Position numbers and translations under genes: made by a program. DNA of 63,929 bases, counting the filler, from Circinaria calcarea (taxonomy: Eukaryota): the NCBI GenBank assembly GCA_051942165.1. It is 27 parts of 27 records of this genome, joined end to end, with 100 filler letters (N's around TTAATTAATTAA, not from the genome) between each part and the next. Parts side by side here need not be neighbours in the genome. Positions count along the whole stretch, not along the records: positions 1 to 2,283 come from JAVECS010003701.1; positions 2,384 to 4,666 come from JAVECS010003702.1; positions 4,767 to 7,048 come from JAVECS010003703.1; positions 7,149 to 9,429 come from JAVECS010003704.1; positions 9,530 to 11,810 come from JAVECS010003705.1; positions 11,911 to 14,190 come from JAVECS010003706.1; 21 more parts are not named here. One strand, written 5' to 3'. Numbering within the stretch: position 1 is the stretch's first letter; each line of letters starts with the position of its first letter. Shown piece by piece: positions 1 through 12,824 of the stretch. The notes under the pieces are model-generated. The model saw only the letters and a program-made list of their open reading frames with translations, had not been told where the DNA came from and did no database searches.

Positions 1-2283
1 TGATAAAGTAAGGTCCATTCGTTGTAATTGGGGGTAAACCATTAGCGAGATTTAGCACGATTGCGATTATCAGGAATAAACGTTCCGTCTTTACCATTGT
101 AACTTAGCATAGTCACATGATTCGAGGTGAAACCACTTACCGTTAAGGACGCCCAGGATTTCATATTGGGCTTCTCCACCTGGATTTGTGACTTGACAAC
201 TGATTACCTGCGCCACGTTCTTAGTCCTGTTCGTCATACGGAAGAACACAATCATACCACACATGGGTCCCTTTAAGTAGGGAGTCGCTCACGAGCCTGG
301 TAGCATGGCCTTAAGCGAGAAGAGGACAACAATGAACCAGAATCGAGTTCTTATAATAGACAGAACCCATAGCCCTGTTTGCTGCGGTGAATGCAGAAAT
401 GGCGGGGTCTGACGATATGATATAGGACATTAAGGAAAAGCTCGGAAGTTATCGCAGTGGCAGGGTAATGAAGACGGGTAGATGGATGAGAACTAATAAT
501 AGGGCTTCGGGATAAGATTCAATACCCTCGCTCAACAGCCGCTCCACACAACGATAAGAATTAGAAGCGACAAGCTCATCTGAAACAAAGCAAAACACAC
601 CGATCCCGCAAATTCCAAAGCACCATCCTTCGAGAACATTTTGTCCGGAGGAGATATCGATGATAACCATGAGTCGGGTTGGCCACGTGCAGTACTCTCG
701 ATATAAAACAAGAGTTTGTAGGGGGGAGAGCCGAGGATATCGTAGACCACCAGATCGATCACTCAGCACTGGAACTCACAGCAGCCGAGTACGTTCGGAC
801 AGGCAAAGCCATCAACAAGAAGAAGATGGAGGATAGCTCTGTTGGCTTTGTTCAGGGGAACGCCGTGCTCATGCGGCATCTCAGAGCAGAGAGTGATGAT
901 TCCGTCGGAAGATTCGGAAAATCCCCCACCACCTTATTTCCAGTACACGACTAGGTACCTTGTAGTCACGTAGCATACCACAAGGTTCCACGCTTGAAAT
1001 AACGCTATACATACGGTACCACTGCTTACCAGGTCATTAGCCGCATGACATCCCCGGGCCAAGTCGAGTACCCGCAAGGTTGCTATCGTGGCAGGTCGGT
1101 GTCGCAACGCCCCCCGTTGCGAGGTCATTTGTAGTCGATGGTTACCATGACAGAATGTTATTATCACGAGAGATCGCTGTAAGGTTACTATGTATCGCGG
1201 TCGTCGTGTAATACTAGCCTCCCGTAAAGAATAACCTCGGTGAGATCGCAACCTTCTACAATAGTGGCTTTTTGGCCCTGACCCTGCGACAATCACCCTC
1301 TATAATAATCTTATCGGTAGTTGTTCTCTATGAATAGAGGCTGAATTACGGTGATCTGTACGAAAATTAGGGTATGCGAATCCAGCCCATTTTCGTGGGC
1401 ATGAGATTCCATGTCCCCACCACTATTATGAGGCGAAACTTCATCCCAGCTGAATAAGAGCTCTCTTCTCTGACGTGCTCGCAAACTATACTAAGCTATT
1501 TGATTAACCATCCAGAGACGGCACATAACTAGCGAGGCTAAAGTGGAAAAGCGTTTAGATCAAGTAGAAGGAAGATAATGATTGCATGGGGGCAGCGTTG
1601 CCCTGGAGGTAAACATATAGGAAAGATAAGATGAAAATGTCTTCAAGACATTCGGAGACCGAGTTGCTTGATGACTGCCTCTTCGATATTTCCCCTGCTG
1701 CAAAGTATCGAGAGCTTGCAGCTAGATCCTACCTCGTGTACTCATCCCCATGGTTGGCCTATCTGATGCATAATAGTAGAGCATCGAAGTCACGATACGA
1801 ACTCAGCCCTGCCACAAGGCTGATCGTGGTAATCCGGGTCAGGTCCGGGAAACCGGGTATTCCGTACCTGAAATTCAAATCGCTTGGCGCTCGTCATCGG
1901 GATCACTCGAGGCCCAGAGGCAGGACGAAAAGATCACGCCCATGCCCATTGCCGGAGTACTAAAGAGAGCTAAATAGAATACGTAGGCCCCGTAATTTTC
2001 GCAGCTCCGAGATGTTGCTAGCAGTATCATTCGCAAAGCATTCGTAATCCTTTCGATTCCAACTGTCAAATAATCTCTGCATCCCCTCATCCCCAAGCTG
2101 TCGTTGCAGTTTGAAATCCCCATATTCCGTATTCGCGGCGGCAGTACTTTACGATTGGGCCACATTCTTACCTACCCCTGGATCATATTTCCCGAGCGAT
2201 GGCGGCGCCTTAAGCCACACACAACCCACCCGTTTTACCCACCCGTCCAAGCAGCCTGTTTGATCCACCGCTGTGCTTTATTT

Positions 2284-2383
2284 NNNNNNNNNNNNNNNNN
2301 NNNNNNNNNNNNNNNNNNNNNNNNNNNTTAATTAATTAANNNNNNNNNNNNNNNNNNNNNNNNNNNNNNNNNNNNNNNNNNNN
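2284..2383. other. Artificial contig linker (N44-TTAATTAATTAA-N44); first of 26 copies
   Basis: Identical 100-nt linkers start at 2284, 4667, 7049, 9430, 11811, 14191, 16570, 18947, 21323, 23699, 26073, 28446, 30819, 33192, 35565, 37938, 40311, 42680, 45047, 47414, 49780, 52144, 54506, 56863, 59219 and 61575. The 12-mer puts stops in all six frames, and segment lengths fall steadily from 2283 to 2255 nt. Confidence 0.99.
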
Positions 2384-2415
2384 CATCTTTGCGTTTAGCT
2401 CGTACATCTGTCAGA

Positions 2416-4233
2416 ATGGGGAAAAAGAAGAGAGGCCATCCGGATATTGAAGAGATCTTGGCCAGGCCGTGGTGTTACTACTGCGAACGAGATTTCGACG
2501 ACCAAAAAGTTCTGATCAACCACCAAAAAGCCAAGCACTTCAAATGTGAACGATGCGGGCGAAGGCTAAATACGGCGGGGGGTATGGTTCCGGCGATGCC
2601 CTCTCTGACGGTGAAACTTACTGATCGCGTCCACTAGGCCTTTCCGTTCATATGACCCAGGTTCACAAGGAGACACTGACTACGATCGAGAATGCATTGC
2701 CAAACCGCTCAAATCTCGACGTGGAGATCTTTGGCATGGAGGGCATCCCGGCCGATGTTGTCCAAAGCCATAATCAACGTGTCCTCAGTCAATTGGCTCA
2801 GGCAGAAGCTGAACGTCGCGCTGCGACTGGAAACCCAGGACCTGGAGGCACTGGAGCCGGAGGCGTCAAGAAGCCCAAGTTCGAATCTCCCTCGGATTTG
2901 AAACAACGGCTGGCAGCACACAAGGCAAAGAAGGCTGTCGAAGAGGCAGCAGGAATCAGCAGTGGAGATATCACGCCCATTGGAGCTGGGCAGGGCAGTC
3001 AGAGTCCGGCTGTTGGCCCGAGTCCAGTCTACGTAAGTCTCAGTCGAGTATAGTATAATTGTATCATCCCTCGACTAAGTGTGTATTCAGGCCGGTTCCC
3101 CTCCCTACCCTCAACAGCAGATGCCCTACGGCGGAGCTCGTAACTCAACCTACTCATCTTTTCCGCAGCCATATGGTCAGCCAAACGGACCATATCAGCA
3201 GCAGCCTCCTTTTGGTCAGCAATCTCCCGGCTTCCATTCCCCAGGACCTCAGTTTGCTGGACATCAGGCTTTTGCGCCCCTTCAACAGTATCCTCCTCCC
3301 ATTAACCAGAACTTTGCGCCACCCAATCAGAACTTTGCACCCCCCAATCAAAGCTTCGCACCCCCCAACCAGAATTTTCCGCCCCCCAACCAGAGCTTTC
3401 CGCCTCCCAACCAGAGCTTTGCGCCACCTAACCAGAATTTCGGACCGCCTCAGAACCAAAATTTTGGGCCACCCCAGAATCAAGGCTTTGTGCCTCCCAA
3501 CCAGAACTTTGTGCCACCACAGTTCCAAAATGGACCACCTCGATTTGGGGCCGGTTCACCGCCTATACCCTTTCATTCACAAGGGCATTTTCAACCACCT
3601 CGTACGCAGACACCTCCTCAGAACGGTCCGTCTCTTCAACGAACTGGAAGTTTACCACCAGCCCCCGGTTTACCGCGAAGACCTTCTTTTGGCGCACCGC
3701 CGGTCAATGCTTTCCAGATGCAACAATTACATCAAGGTCAACTTCCGGCGGCTTCAACTCCTGCCAGCTATTCAACCCAGCCGAGCCACTCGCAGCATCA
3801 ACATGGAGGCTTCGATCCAGCTCAAAGCGCTAGAGATTCTCAGAACCATCAATTTCCAAACAATACAAACAATGGACCCGAAGCCGGACCGCTGGCAGCT
3901 CAGCATGTGCGGTCTTCAAATGCTCCATCCGTAACTGACACCAAGTCTGCCCCGGTAAATGATAGGAGCAAGGTTGCGCCGGACCCAGAAGCCCAAGCAG
4001 AAGCAAAATTCGAGCGTCATCCAACGGAGAAGAAAGGAAAGAAGGACAAGGACAAGGCTATCAGATTGGTCTACTCTGATGAGGAGATTAGCCCGGAGGA
4101 GAAGATGGCGAAGCTGCCCAGGTATGCCTTTGTTCCCGATGGAAGAGGAGAGACTGTATTGGGAGATGCAACTACTGCTGCAGTTACTGGTGCCGTTAGG
4201 GGTGGGGATGATGTCATGGTTGAGTCTGGTTAG
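2416..4233 (+). CDS. C2H2 zinc-finger protein, ZNF207/BuGZ family (exons 2416-2581, 2638-3032, 3091-4233)
   Basis: N-terminus [72 protein letters not shown] and C-terminal [24 protein letters not shown] introns at 2582-2637 and 3033-3090 keep the frame. Confidence 0.9.
3295..3519 (+). repeat. Coding tandem repeat, about 10 copies of PPNQ[NS]F[APGV] (21-24 nt units)
   Basis: Visible directly in both the translation and the DNA. Confidence 0.9.
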
Positions 4234-5931
4234 CAATGGCCTACGACTAGGTCTTGTAGGTGGTTCCGCGCAGTCGATCGGGGGACTTGATACAACTCGT
4301 GGTATGATCCATGGTCTTCTCTTTCAGTTAAGTTCAAAACCCAACTCATTTCGCCAATTCCGGCCTACAAAGCATTGATCAGCTGCAGCGAACATCTGGG
4401 AAGTAGCGTGTATGCGGATGGGCAACAAGGCGGATGAATGGTCGCATGCGGAATTGTATTCGAAGTGAGTGGGCTTATGAGCTTGGGATCTGTCCGAAGA
4501 TTCTCGCTGATGGCTGTCCGTCTGGACTGCTAGCTGCTGACGCTTCAAATGGGCGAGATGATAGCCTCCTCGGGGTGTGCATAGCAGCGTTCGTTCTCCC
4601 GCCCCTGCGCCATGCTGCTTTCATGTAAGTGCAAACATGGTTAGTCCATCTCAATTACTAGTCGGTNNNNNNNNNNNNNNNNNNNNNNNNNNNNNNNNNN
4701 NNNNNNNNNNTTAATTAATTAANNNNNNNNNNNNNNNNNNNNNNNNNNNNNNNNNNNNNNNNNNNNAGGCGCCATCGCCATCGTCGTCGCCCATGCTAGC
4801 ATAGCATGCCTTCATATCGGAGCTCTTCACTAGCACTCCCTCCCCACTCAGCGCATCAGTAGCTTTCGGAGTACAGGATCTTACGGATGTTACTGGCGCA
4901 TGTCCGATTTTGGCCTGGGGGGTATTGCATAATAAAGCGTTCAATGTAACTTTTAGGGGCGGCCTCCATCTCGATGCAGGTATTGGAACGGACCGGGAAA
5001 TGATGCGAGGACAGAGGGTTGTAAGAAATATCGTCTATGCTTTTACAAGGATCTAACATCAAGTAAATGAAACTTGCACCATCTACGCCTTTTGAGTCCG
5101 CTAGACAGAGTATCGACTGGTCGTAGCTTAAGATATTTCTTGATAGGGGAAGCGAGAGTCGCGCTTCACCAATCGGCTTGCCACAGGAATGAATGTGAAA
5201 CTAATCAGCATAATCTCACCTTCATCAGCAACGAGACTCTTTCATTGCGTATGTGAATGCTGGCGTACTTTCTTTAATCAACAACACCTCTGGCGCCCAG
5301 CACAACTCTGTTACCTAATAAAACGGGTTAACACACGCTACCAGTGAAGCTCGAGGAAATGTGATACCGTGATAAGATCCACTGTTGGAGTCTGCCTGAG
5401 GTCCATCATGCAAAGGTGGTATGTATCATCGAGGCGGGGCTGTTGGTTGATCCGCTCTCCTCCCATAGAGCCATTCGTGCCATTCCACCGTACATCATCT
5501 TCCTAAGATGGGCCGACGGCGATATTGGTGATCCGAATCCGTGCCGAAGCCCAAGTCGGCGACACGGATAGATACCTCCGTAGATTTTGGCAGATGTCAC
5601 CTTGCATAAGATCGACGCAGGGATTAACCAGGCTCCAGGCCGAGGCCAACGCAGACCGCGCGCTTTACGATGACCTCGTGGATTGCAGCCGTCACTACTT
5701 ACTGACCTTGGGCCTGTCGTTTACACGTACGCCGTTTCTTATCTACACTGCTCTGGAAGGTATATTAGGGCTAAGGTGCAGAACTTGTCCTCCTTCAATG
5801 TATCATCTCTACTGATGGTTTTTCTCTCCCTCGCCTCATAGAAGAGACCGTTTTATCTCCATCAGTGTTTGTTTGGGACGCTATTGTAGAGAAACAAAAG
5901 CTAGATAGAGCAATACAAAGATCTTACGGAG

Positions 5932-7048
5932 ATGGTCCAACGTTGGCAAGTGGCCGCTCTGTTGTCGGCAACCGCTGCTGCTCTCCTTGTCCAATTTGCG
6001 CCGAAATACTCAATACTACGTTCCTATGTTGGGACCTTTCTCGCGCTGTTCTCGGCGCAGCTGCTGGCGTTAGCATCATGGACCGTTGTCATTTATCCAA
6101 AGCTATTCAGCCCGCTTCGGCATCTGCCGGAGCCCAAAGTCAGTCTCTACCATAGAATGCTGGCTCCAACCTCGCTGACTGTGCTCTCCAACAGGGCGGA
6201 TCGTTCTTTAATGGCCAACTCGCGAGGATCCTAAAAGAGCCTTCGGGAATTCCCATGCAGGAATGGATCAACGAGATTCCCAATCAGGGCTTGATACACT
6301 ACAAAACGATTTTCAACACCGAGAGGATCATGCTTACGAGTCCCCAGGCGCTGGGTGAGGTTTTGGTTCAGAAGAATTATGAATTTGTCAAGCCATTGAT
6401 GATGCGGCAAGGCTTAGGAAGGATACTCGGTGGAACGGGGGTTCTTTTGGCGGAAGGTGACGATCACAAGGTATGAAAGCGATGTTTTTCTCTTGAATAG
6501 CTTTCCGCGGGACTGACTAACTCAAACTAGACGCAGCGTAAGCTTCTCATGCCGGCTTTCGCATATCGTCATATAAAAGATATATACCCAATTTTCTGGT
6601 CAAAATCCCGAGAGTTGATAAACGCAATCTCTGCATCAACACAACAAGAGGCCGCCTACGCGGAGCTAGAGAAAGCAGTAGCACCGTCGTCAGTTGTCGA
6701 GCTCAACGGTTGGTTGAGTCGAACAACGCTTGACATTATCGGTGTTGCCGGCATGGGCTATGACTTTAATGCAATACAGGATCCGAATACCGAGCTATGT
6801 AAGACGTACCGAGCCGTCTTTGAGCCAAGCAAGCAAGCTAGGATACTAGGACTGGTGAGCCTGGTGGTCCCTATGAAGGTTTTACGCCTAATACCAATGC
6901 AACGTAATCATGACATGAAGGCAGCAGCTGAGACAATCAGAGGGGTGTGCCGGCAATTGATCCAGCACAAACAACAGAAAATCAACCGACAGGAGAAATC
7001 GAACGATGTAGACATTTTATCGGTTGCTATGGAGTCCGGCGCGTTTAC
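5932..7048 (+). CDS. Cytochrome P450 monooxygenase, 5' part (3'-truncated)
   Basis: N-terminal membrane segment, SPLRHLPEP proline hinge and GVLLAEGDDHK-TQRKLLMPAF..TLDIIGVAGMG. Introns at 6139-6194 and 6471-6530. The heme motif would lie beyond the contig end. Confidence 0.88.
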
Positions 7049-8669
7049 NNNNNNNNNNNNNNNNNNNNNNNNNNNNNNNNNNNNNNNNNNNNTTAATTAA
7101 TTAANNNNNNNNNNNNNNNNNNNNNNNNNNNNNNNNNNNNNNNNNNNNCTTGCTTCACTTTATGGCATCTTACGCTAACGTGACGGCTGCACCTTACACT
7201 CCATTGTTAAGCGATTCTATAGCTTAGCTTTCTATTCGAACATGTATATATATATCTAGAAGACCGTCACAATTGGAAAAACCAGCCGGTCCACTTTTTG
7301 CTATTAATTTTGACATCCCTTATTTTACAAAATGTGACCATATCTCACAACTACATGATTTTACAATCCCCCATAAATTCCTTAATCGATGAGTTCAACG
7401 GTGATCGGGAAAAAAAAACAATTCCTCCCGTTTTTTTCATTAGTAATGGAGAGATATCCATATCAAAATGTCATACTTCAACTTCTTCGACCTACCGACG
7501 GAAAAATTAAACAGGGCAAAACCTCCCCCCCCCCGGGGGGTGCAACCCCGTCGCTGAGGGAATCCCGAGCTTGCAGTAGCCTGGCTTCCCTTTCCTTTTC
7601 CTTTTCCTTTTCCTTTCCGGGCGGAGGAGAGAAATATCTCGGTGTGGATAGGGAGAGTTTCCGAAAGTTACCCTTTCCCTTTCCCTTTCTTTTTTCTTTT
7701 CCCCCTTTCCCTTTCTTTTTCTTTTCCCCCTTTCCCCCTTACTTTATTTCATTTTTTCCCCCAGAGTCTATTCTAGCGGATGGTGAGATTTTAAAAAAAA
7801 AGCGAAGGGGGGGGGGGGGGAAGAAATACCCAGAATGATAGATCAAAACAATAAAGAACCGGACGGCAATGCTGTTCGAGATATTCAAGGGCCCCCCCGC
7901 GAAATGACAAGGATAGCATAGCATAGCATAGCCATGATATTAACGACGACGACGATGACAACGACAAACGACAAACGAACTACGAAAATAAACAAGCTCA
8001 GCTTAAATAGAGCAAGCATTATCAAATCGGGAGGTTGGCCTTGGGGTGCTCATACGCCTATACCTACGGTTCCGGAAAAACTGGAAATGGACGAGGAGAT
8101 TGAGAAAAGAAGAGGGTCCCGGAAAGGCGGAGAAGACGAGTCCACGGTAAGGTATAAGTGTTCTGCGGGTAACCTGTATAACGTTCAAGGAGAGGGAGCG
8201 ATAGAGAAAACCAGCAAGGAAGGTGTTGTGGGGTAAGGCGCTGGTTGGTAAAAATCAGAACGTAACGATATTAGGAGTAGTTTAAACCAATGATTTGGAG
8301 ATGAAGATGCAGGAATGTTGTGAATCGAGTGCGAGGGGTAGATCTCGGAGATTTTATGGCTGAGGGACCTGATTTGGGTTTGAAATTAGTGTGCATACAC
8401 TGGTGTTCTGCCACTCGTAGGGAAATAGGAGGGAGAAGTGATTCGTTTTGGGTGAAGAACAGCGGGGGTAAAAGCCATGTTCAGAGAAAAAGGACCATGT
8501 TCTCGTTGAGCTTGGTGATACACTCGGTGAAATTGTCATTCCTACATAGAGAAATTTTTGATTCATAGCTGCCATGCTCGACCGAGTTAAAGAGATTAAC
8601 CTCCTACGTTCCCACTTTTGATGCAAATTTATCATGCCTTTGTCCTTATTTTGTCAAATTCCACACACT

Positions 8670-9429
8670 CTAGGTGTACATATTGTAGATTGGATTGGGC
8701 GGCATCTTCCCGACCAGCCTATCGTGTTCACTCGGCCTAAATTTTGCCTCTTTGTATGCAAACTCTGCGTCCTTTGCTCCCTCTTCCACTTCTGAGAATT
8801 CGAATTCTTTCTTCGGCAGCAGATCGTAAACTCCTCGCGCGTATTCCGGGGCGATGTTGTAAATCTGCGCCAAGTACTTGCTCTGGATTACGGGATATTT
8901 GACAAATCGAAGCATGTTCGCTGTATTGATATGCGTATGTTTACGTGCCTCGTCGTCCATGACGCGTTTGTACAGTTCACGGGCCTGACTGTATTCTGAC
9001 TTCTTGCCCTCGTGTACGAAGTGGGATTTCCGGGATACAATGTTATCAGCAACAGCATAAGGAGCTTCAGCGGCATCAGGACGGAACTTGTGAGCAAAGG
9101 AGTTGGGGGTGTATTGGGGGTTGCCCGAGTGGTTGCCGTCGATGCGCATTTGGCCGTCGAAATTGAGGGAGGAGACGGAGCCGGCCATGAAAGGGCAATT
9201 TACTACAGAACAGGAGTTTAGCTTTGTAAGAGGTCAGGACCTAGAAGAGAGGTGTCTTGCCTGGAACTTGATGTAGGTTGACTCCGATACGATGATACTG
9301 GGCATCACGATAGAAGAACATGCGGAACTGCAGGAGAGGATCGGGGCTGTCCTCGATACCAGGAACCATGCTTCCAGGGGAAAAAGCAGCTTGTTCGACA
9401 TCGCGATGAAAATTCTCCGGGTTCTTGTT
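8670..9429 (-). CDS. Monofunctional heme catalase, C-terminal part (5'-truncated)
   Basis: [59 protein letters not shown] contains the proximal Tyr ligand motif. Intron at 9203-9260. Confidence 0.93.
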
Positions 9430-9529
9430 NNNNNNNNNNNNNNNNNNNNNNNNNNNNNNNNNNNNNNNNNNNNTTAATTAATTAANNNNNNNNNNNNNNN
9501 NNNNNNNNNNNNNNNNNNNNNNNNNNNNN

Positions 9530-10815
9530 AGGAGCATTGCCGCAATGATAGGAGGGGTAGGCCTGCTAACCAAAGATGGGCTGCCTTACCTTGCAGAAGT
9601 CTTTGAGGATTTTGAGCATCGCACGAACCCGCACTACGTCCCTGCCAATCCTGACATCCCTTTCCGGGACAAACCCAGCGCCTCGGACCCGTTGTATGCA
9701 AAGGAGTTGGAAAGGGTATTTGTGTCGTACCTTATCCTGGATCACAAGTTTGGCTGATTCCAATGAAGCTCAGACTATCAAGACTCGAGATACCGATTAA
9801 AGCGGTTGCAGTATGGGATACCGTTGGTAGGCCCTCTGTCCACGTAAATATAGTCCGATGCATGCTAATATAAAGCTTCTTCCAGGGTCTTTAGGAGTTC
9901 CACGAATACCTTTGTTCGAGAAATTGGGGATTCACCGTAAATCGGCAAAGGAGTATTCTTTCTCCGATACCACGTTGAGTAATTGCATCGAGAATGCTTT
10001 TCATGCCCTCGCGCTTGATGAGCGTCGTGCCTCGTTCTCGCCAACCATTTGGGAGAAAACCCGAGACAACAGAACTGTACGTATCCGGAATCAAACCAGA
10101 ACGGTGGGTATAAGTACCTTGTACTAACGATCAATCCAGAATCTCCGTCAGGTATGGTTTCCTGGTGTTCATTCCAACGTTGGAGGTGGATACGACGATC
10201 AGGAACTGGCCAACATCACGTTGGCATGGATGATTGCCCAACTAGAACCCTTTATTGATTTTGACCCCAACTACATCCGCGGGGAGTACGATGAAAATCG
10301 AGACTACTACATAAAGTCGGGTCAGAAAGTGCGACCTTGGTCTTTTGGTTAGTTTGTACCTCTTCCGCCCAGGCCCACCATAACTAAATTCTATGTTAGG
10401 AGAAATATACAACTCCCTTGCCGGTATATACATGCTCGGCGGAATGGCAACCCGGACACCTGGCGACTACTACCGAGTCGATCCAGATACCGGAAATCCC
10501 ACCTCAAAGCCCCTCCGCAATACGAATGAGTACGTTCATCCTTCGGTCCGCTCCCGTGTCTGTCTCGATGGACCCGGCTATGATGATAACGGTTATTACG
10601 ATCCCAAGGCTATGAGAGACTACAAGCTTCGAGATGAACCACTTGACGCCAAAGGGGAGCCGCAGCTCGTGTCCTGGGAATCTCGTTCCCGGTTCAGGAA
10701 TAAAACCAGGAGAATCTTGCCTGAGAGCCCATTATGGGAGACGGAGCGAAAATTACTGAGCATGAGCCCGAAGATATACGCTTACCTTTTAGGTGATCAA
10801 AGACGGCCGCACTGA
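9530..10815 (+). CDS. DUF2235 (Tle1-like alpha/beta hydrolase) protein, 3' part, multi-exon
   Basis: Motifs IKAVAVWDTVGSLG, AFHALALDERRASFSPTIW and QVWFPGVHSNVGGGYDDQELANITLAWM, separated by short GT-AG introns. Confidence 0.88.
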
Positions 10816-11910
10816 TGACAGATGCGCCCGTCTTGAAGCAACTATAAGGCTACAAATACCATCAACGTCAAGACCTTTCGAGTCTCTTACGACACTTGTT
10901 CATCACACACTACGCTGTGGCTTCAACACGTGCATTCGGCTACACAAAGCCCACCTACAAACCTAGAAAAGACTGTTCGCCTCCTTTAGGTTTCCTCACG
11001 AATGTTTCGGTCGGGCCGTGGCAGAATCACACATGCCCACCAAAACGTAAAGGTACCGTGGAAGTCCTATATCATCTACAGGATCAAAGATATCAGGCTA
11101 ACAATCATCAGCGCTTCTCGACTATATGATATGTCGATGGACGATGTCGAGGACTGGGAAGAGAATGGACTGGGGGTTTCTTCCGTTACACGCCTAGGTA
11201 CTTAGAGGATACGCACGATAGGTTAAAATAATTGGATGCGCGTTGTGTCATCGCTGGGCTTTTGAGCTTGACGTATTCACCTGGGCTGGATTGATATTCA
11301 TGCACAATCAGCTCGTTCATGGAACTCGTCTGTAGTCACCTTAGCTATCTATACTGTTGGAAAGCAAAAAAGCCGAGTCCCAACTCATCAACTGGCCGCG
11401 AATCTCATTCCGCGTACCTACCTTGATCCCCTCCGCCTTCCTCTCTTTCCTACAATGCTTTTCATTAGGGCTGCCAGTAGTCTGGACTGCGAACTGACGG
11501 TCCACCTTAACAGTCCAGAACGTGCGGAAATTGCAGGCAAGTGGGGCGTTAACTGGGAAACACATGCGCACGTGCCAACCTCAGCTACGTGCACGCAGAT
11601 CTTTATTCATTTACCTATTCTTAAGTGAAATCATATATATAGATCCTGGACTGTCTCCTTCACGGTCCAAACTACTGGCAGCCCTGCTTTTCCCTCCATC
11701 TTCTTTTTAGTCTCTCATACCCATCTGTAAGATCCTTTTACTCTTCTTCCCCTCTCCCCCTCCCCCCAAATCTTAACAGATCTCAGCTCAATCTAATGAT
11801 GCATGATGCANNNNNNNNNNNNNNNNNNNNNNNNNNNNNNNNNNNNNNNNNNNNTTAATTAATTAANNNNNNNNNNNNNNNNNNNNNNNNNNNNNNNNNN
11901 NNNNNNNNNN

Positions 11911-12824
11911 GCAACTTTCCATGATGTTCTTTGCCGTCCTCAAGCTGTAGGTGTTGTCGAATTCTTTGCAATAGTACTGCTGATCATTGGCCGGCTTGTA
12001 CGGGACTAGCTGGGGTGCCTTTTTGGGCTTGTGTGCTTCGTAGATGGCGGCATTCTGCGCATCTACCTCTTCCTTGGTAGATCCATACCAGTAAACGTGC
12101 TTGGCTGGTTTGGGGGAAGGAGGAGATGGAGCGGGCACTGGAGCGGGCGCAGGGTAGTAATAGTGTGTTGCCGGCTGGTACATTACAGGAGCAGGCGCAT
12201 AGGTCTACCAAAGCGTATTAGCTGATATGCTCTCAAGCAGTGCTGAAGTGACGGTGAAAGAGAACCGGCACATAGACTGGTGTGTAGGGAACACAATCAT
12301 TGTGGGCAACGGGTTGCGGGGCAATTCGTTGAAGACACTGCTTGGGAACATTGGGAGCACGAGTTTCCACCATGCCATGGGGAGTGTATTGGTAGTAAAC
12401 GTCGTTGTCGGCCTGTGTCAGACGTCCCGCGTTGGAGCCCTGGTAAATGTAGTAATCCGAGGGCTCTTCTTTTTTGGGTGACTTTGGTGGGCCCTCCGAG
12501 GGAACATAGGTGAAGACACTCATGCTTTCGGCTGGTGATGGTATCCGATGACACTTTCAGTCTGATGTGGAAGTAGTCGAGGATGGAACGAAGCTCTGTG
12601 TTGTGATGAAAGAATGGAGGTGTTTTGGAGGTGAAGTGAAGAAGTGGAAGGAAAAGAGAGTCAATCATGTGCCTCACCGGATAAAAGACGGCATTATCCT
12701 CGACGACAAAGTACTGCAAATCCTCCTTCTTCGCCTCCTTTTTCGCCTCCTCCTTCTTTGCCTTCTTCTTGGGAGGATCTTCGAGCCAGACGTCGGTAAA
12801 GGGCCAGCAGCATGGGAAGCACAT
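11911..12824 (-). CDS. Uncharacterised Pro/Tyr-rich fungal protein (3'-truncated; first-exon structure ambiguous)
   Basis: Common exon starts at 12204 after GCTAAT..GGTAG and reads TYAPAPVMYQP..WYGSTKEEVDAQN..YYCKEFDNTYSLRT. Candidate first exons begin at ATG 12824 and ATG 12523. Confidence 0.6.

Noticed and set aside
1..2283. Short ORFs in contig 1
   Set aside because: No recognisable motifs or consistent spliced model; treated as intergenic or decayed sequence.
7330..8240. ORFs such as 7389-7838 with F/P-rich translation
   Set aside because: They arise from homopolymer-rich, polypyrimidine low-complexity DNA.
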